Virus record (IMG/VR): IMGVR_UViG_2513237176_000002
Source of the DNA: a virus
Taxonomy: Duplodnaviria; Caudoviricetes
Direction: 5' to 3' (one strand)
DNA: 64,000 bases
In this document: positions 63,515-64,000 of the stretch, in pieces
Layout of the letters: every line of letters starts with the position of its first letter
Position numbering within the stretch: the first letter of the stretch is position 1
The notes under the pieces: model-generated
Database searches by the model: none
What the model saw: the letters and a program-made list of their open reading frames with translations, nothing else
What the model was told of the DNA's origin: nothing
Position numbers and translations under genes: made by a program

Positions 63515-64000
63515 ATGCCCGCCGACTGGGAACAACTCGCACACCACGTCATCCGCCGACGTATCCAACTCGGCTACCCCACACGGCAGGCCTTCCTCAC
63601 CGTCACCCGGCTCAAAGCCCGCACCCTCGGCGACATCGAAACCGCCCGCAAGACCGGCTACCACGCCGCCACCCTCAACGCCCTTGAACACGACCTGCAG
63701 TGGGCGGCCGGCAGCATCGCCGCCATCCTCGACGGCGGCGAACCCCGCATCGCAGCCAGTACACCGCCAGCTGAGCAGGCCGCCCGCGCCACCGATGACG
63801 ATCTGCCCGACGACCCGATCCTGCGACTCATCGGCGCCAACCTTCCCGAAGACCGCAAGAAGGCTCTCGTCAGGCAGCTGCTCGACGAGCAGCAGCGCTT
63901 CGCCCAGCGGCGCGCCGACGAACTGCTGCGCGAGGCGTACGGGCATCACCAGGCGACCCCTTTCGGGGGCGGTGAAACGCCCACCGGAACAGGCCGGTGA
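63515..64000 (+). CDS. Immunity repressor (XRE-like)
   Basis: WEQLAHHVIRRRIQLG...TLGDIE...LE..LQWAAGS; divergent from cro. Confidence 0.8.
   Translation: MPADWEQLAHHVIRRRIQLGYPTRQAFLTVTRLKARTLGDIETARKTGYHAATLNALEHDLQWAAGSIAAILDGGEPRIAASTPPAEQAARATDDDLPDDPILRLIGANLPEDRKKALVRQLLDEQQRFAQRRADELLREAYGHHQATPFGGGETPTGTGR

Larger units (their letters stand above)
1..64000. mobile_element. Temperate siphovirus-type prophage (partial; integrase and att sites not in window) with a conjugation-like left arm
   Basis: Ordered terminase-portal-protease-capsid-neck-tail-TMP-lysis module, replication and recombination genes, and a cro/repressor switch. Whether 1-9.3 kb belongs to the prophage is inference. 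Confidence 0.93.

Overview
This window is most of a large temperate siphovirus-type prophage from a high-GC, probably filamentous, actinomycete (host assignment is inference). The minus strand runs, right to left: cro/excisionase-like genes, a cytosine methyltransferase, an exonuclease and gp3-like recombination pair, an HNH nuclease, a Holliday junction resolvase, many small regulators, a replication initiator with DnaB, then the terminases, portal, protease/scaffold, capsid, a head-fibre-like cluster, neck and tail genes, tape measure, tail tip and lysis genes. The divergent repressor is at the right edge. No integrase or att site is visible. The left arm (1-9.3 kb, mostly plus strand) is not typical phage DNA. 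It carries a TraB-like membrane FtsK translocase with a C-terminal winged helix, two paralogous ~100-aa helical domains, a multi-zinc-ribbon protein, a YdjM-like hydrolase and a second initiator gene with its own iterons. Together these suggest a phage that can also spread by actinomycete-type conjugation. Other notable points: (i) both initiator genes share the same structured 5' leader and a coupled leader peptide; (ii) an FN3 domain is split across two virion genes, and the larger gene has a second orphan half-domain plus a dimethylformamidase-like enzyme domain; (iii) an Acb1-like 2H phosphoesterase is inserted in the protease/scaffold; (iv) there is an orphan DUF397 (BldB-like) gene; (v) two divergent HTH mini-switches sit inside the early operon. 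All family assignments come from motif recognition by eye, not from database searches.
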